Part shown: positions 61,931 to 64,000 of the stretch, piece after piece | Layout of the letters: each line of letters begins with the position of its first letter | Position numbering within the stretch: position 1 is the first letter of the stretch | Assembly: GCA_964187785.1 (NCBI GenBank) | Contig: OZ076418.1 | Span: forward strand, 35,402,001-35,466,000 | Source of the DNA: Amphiscolops sp. MND2022 | Lineage: Eukaryota | DNA length: 64,000 nucleotides | Reading direction: 5' to 3' | Position numbers and translations under genes: made by a program | The notes under the pieces: generated by a model | The model's input: only the letters and a program-made list of their open reading frames with translations | What the model was told of the DNA's origin: nothing | Databases searched by the model: none

Positions 61931-64000
61931 GGAACTGTGTGTGAAATTTTGATGCCCACTATGATTCAATCAAAGTATGAAAAAATAACAGTCAAACTAA
62001 AGCGGTAAAACGGTGCTTGATTGCGGTAAAAACTCACTGGGAATAATTTGTCAAAAGAAGAAATTCTGAATCCTTCTTTTTGTGACACTTGCTGATTCTG
62101 AAAAGGTTTCTCAATTTCAAAACTGAACTCGTGAAGGAAGGGCATTGAAGTACATGAACTCCACTTTTTTTTCGATGGTTGATAGTTTTTGTGAGTTGGT
62201 ATTGAAATGATTCAGTGAAATACTTAGGTGAAATAATTCAGTGAAATAATTCAGTGAAATAATTCAGTGAAATAATTCAGTGAAATAATTCAGTGAAATA
62301 AGTCAGTGAATTCCACTAAATACTGCAGTGGAAATAATTAGGTGAAATAATTCAGTGAATTCCACTAAAACACTGCAGTGGAGTCCACTGCAGCTGATAG
62401 TGGATTCCACTGCGGCCATCGGTGGAGTCCACTGCAGCGTTCAGTGGAATCCACGGCAGTGTTTTGTGGAATCCACTGCAAGATCCGAATGTTTAAGGTA
62501 TTTGATAGTTAATTCCAATGCTTTGCAGCGAAATTCGCTGCAGAAAAATCGCCAAAAGAGTGGAATCGACTGCAACGTAATAGCATTTGTTAGTGGATTA
62601 CGCTGCACGCTTTCCAAAACTGCCGTCCAGCGAAATCCACTGCAAATATTCAAAATACCCACTTTTGGCACTGTAATGACGGTACTGTGTTTTGAAAGAT
62701 AGGTCAAATACAGGTCCCACACGACCGTGTTCCTCGAATATTAGCTACTTTAGACCAATGATATGGTACTGTATGATGAAAGATAGATCAAATACGAGGC
62801 CTATACAAATGTGTTCATGGAATCTTAGCTACTTTAGACCTATAGTACGGTACTGTATCTTGAAAGATAGGTCGAATACAGGTCCTATACGACAATGTCC
62901 ATCGAATATTAGCTATTTTAGACGTATAATATGGTACCGTATGATGAAAGATAGATCAAATATGAGGCCTATACAAATGTGTTCATTTACGTCCTAACTA
63001 CTTTAGACCTATAGTATGATACTGTATTTTGAAAGATATATCGAATATAGGTCCTCTACGACCGTGTTCATCGAATCTTAGCTCAGGCATCAATTTTCTA
63101 GAAACTTCAAAAGTTTAAAGTGAGCTCCCTGAAAACTTGGAAGCTAATACGAATATAACTGAGCATTTCTGGAAACGAGGGATCAAGGAGTATCTTTTAA
63201 AGCACCGTTTGCGACCCAAATGGTAATACCTTTCGGACAGAATTTACGATAGATCACCTGTATTTTTTCTCTGGGTTTCTACTGATATACCAGATATCTA
63301 TGTTGCTTGATTTTATATCATTCCCCCAACCCCCCGTATGTCTAGACTTTATAACAAATGCACTTCATCAATATAACTGATTAATATTCTAGATGTAAAC
63401 TTGATGTACCCACTTTATATTCTGTACGATGCATTTTGATTTAGAACACAACTATAATTCATTCTTCACCAACCAGTTGTCTTCTTTTACGACCTAATAT
63501 CTGCAGCTCTATTAGTGTCTCTTAAAGTACTAAGATCAAATGAACATTCCATCTTCGTCCCACTGATCTATAGTAAGAACACAAGTACTTTAACTGGTGC
63601 GACCATCTCGTTTCTTTCCTTTTCTACAACCAATTTTGTAATCCAAATTTTTTTTCTCTTTCACAAAATCTTCTGTACTAATCACCCAACGTGATTCGAC
63701 CTCGTAGTCGGTACAAACGCAATTCTTCTTCTGTACTAATCACATATTGTGGTTCGACCTAGTAGTCGGTACATCAAAACTTTCTGTACTAATCACCTTT
63801 TGTGATTCAGTTACGCACTGGTACACTATCTTCTCTTGTACTAATCACCTTTTGTGATTCAGCTCCTGCTGGTACACCCGTTTCTTTTCTTATAACCATT
63901 TTTCATACTTTAACTCTCTAATATACCTTCCTTTTCATTTTTGTATCGCTCCTTTTCCTAACCCACATTTCTTCACCATCACTTCCTTTTTCACAATTCT
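61931..64000 (+). repeat. Start of the next copy of the ~61.9-kb tandem unit
   Basis: Matches 1-~2070 with scattered substitutions and small indels, including the same TIR/TSD junction and the same LTR insertion site. Confidence 0.95.
63283..64000 (+). mobile_element. 5' LTR (63283-63592), PBS and leader of the duplicated env-Gypsy element
   Basis: Preceded by the same CTAC. Carries the 5'-LTR-specific variants and the four three-way-junction units. Confidence 0.95.

Larger units (their letters stand above)
46196..62678 (+). mobile_element. 16.5-kb TIR DNA transposon with chromatin-modifier cargo
   Basis: 22-bp TIRs CATTAC(T/A)GTGCCAAAAGTGGGT (46196-46217 and 62657-62678, one mismatch). 2-bp TSD AC (46194-46195 and 62679-62680), confirmed by the empty site AAAAG-AC-GGTACTG in the opposite arm. 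Palindromic subterminal motifs at both ends. Confidence 0.9.

Noticed and set aside
62657-62678. V(D)J RSS in the transposon TIR
   Set aside because: Contains TACAGTG internally but not a terminal CACAGTG, and no nonamer at 12/23 spacing was seen.

Overview
Eukaryotic (probably invertebrate animal) DNA made almost entirely of nested mobile elements; no conventional host gene was recognised. The window is about one period of a ~61.9-kb tandem unit (1-~2070 recurs at 61931-64000, roughly 99% identical). (i) The scaffold is a Polinton/Maverick-like element with AGTAGT...ACTACT ends, a 6-bp TSD (ACGGGG) and ~5-kb inverted arms around a 2.4-kb spacer; no core Polinton genes are visible. (ii) One arm carries three insertions whose empty sites survive in the other arm. 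The first is an 18-kb Ty3/Gypsy-type element with gag-pol, a chuvirus-like class III fusion env, three more large ORFs and four tandem covarying three-way-junction RNA motifs after the PBS. The second is a 16.5-kb TIR DNA transposon (2-bp TSD) encoding a RAG1/Transib-like transposase-BRCT, a spliced C2H2-JmjC-ELM2-like gene, a Tudor-like ORF and a recombinase-like/SET-domain protein, i.e. apparent chromatin reader, writer and eraser cargo. The third is a 2-kb solo LTR. (iii) Outside the Polinton-like element lie a decayed L2/CR1-type LINE and an internally deleted BEL/Pao element. All protein-family calls are from motif recognition by eye; no searches were run.
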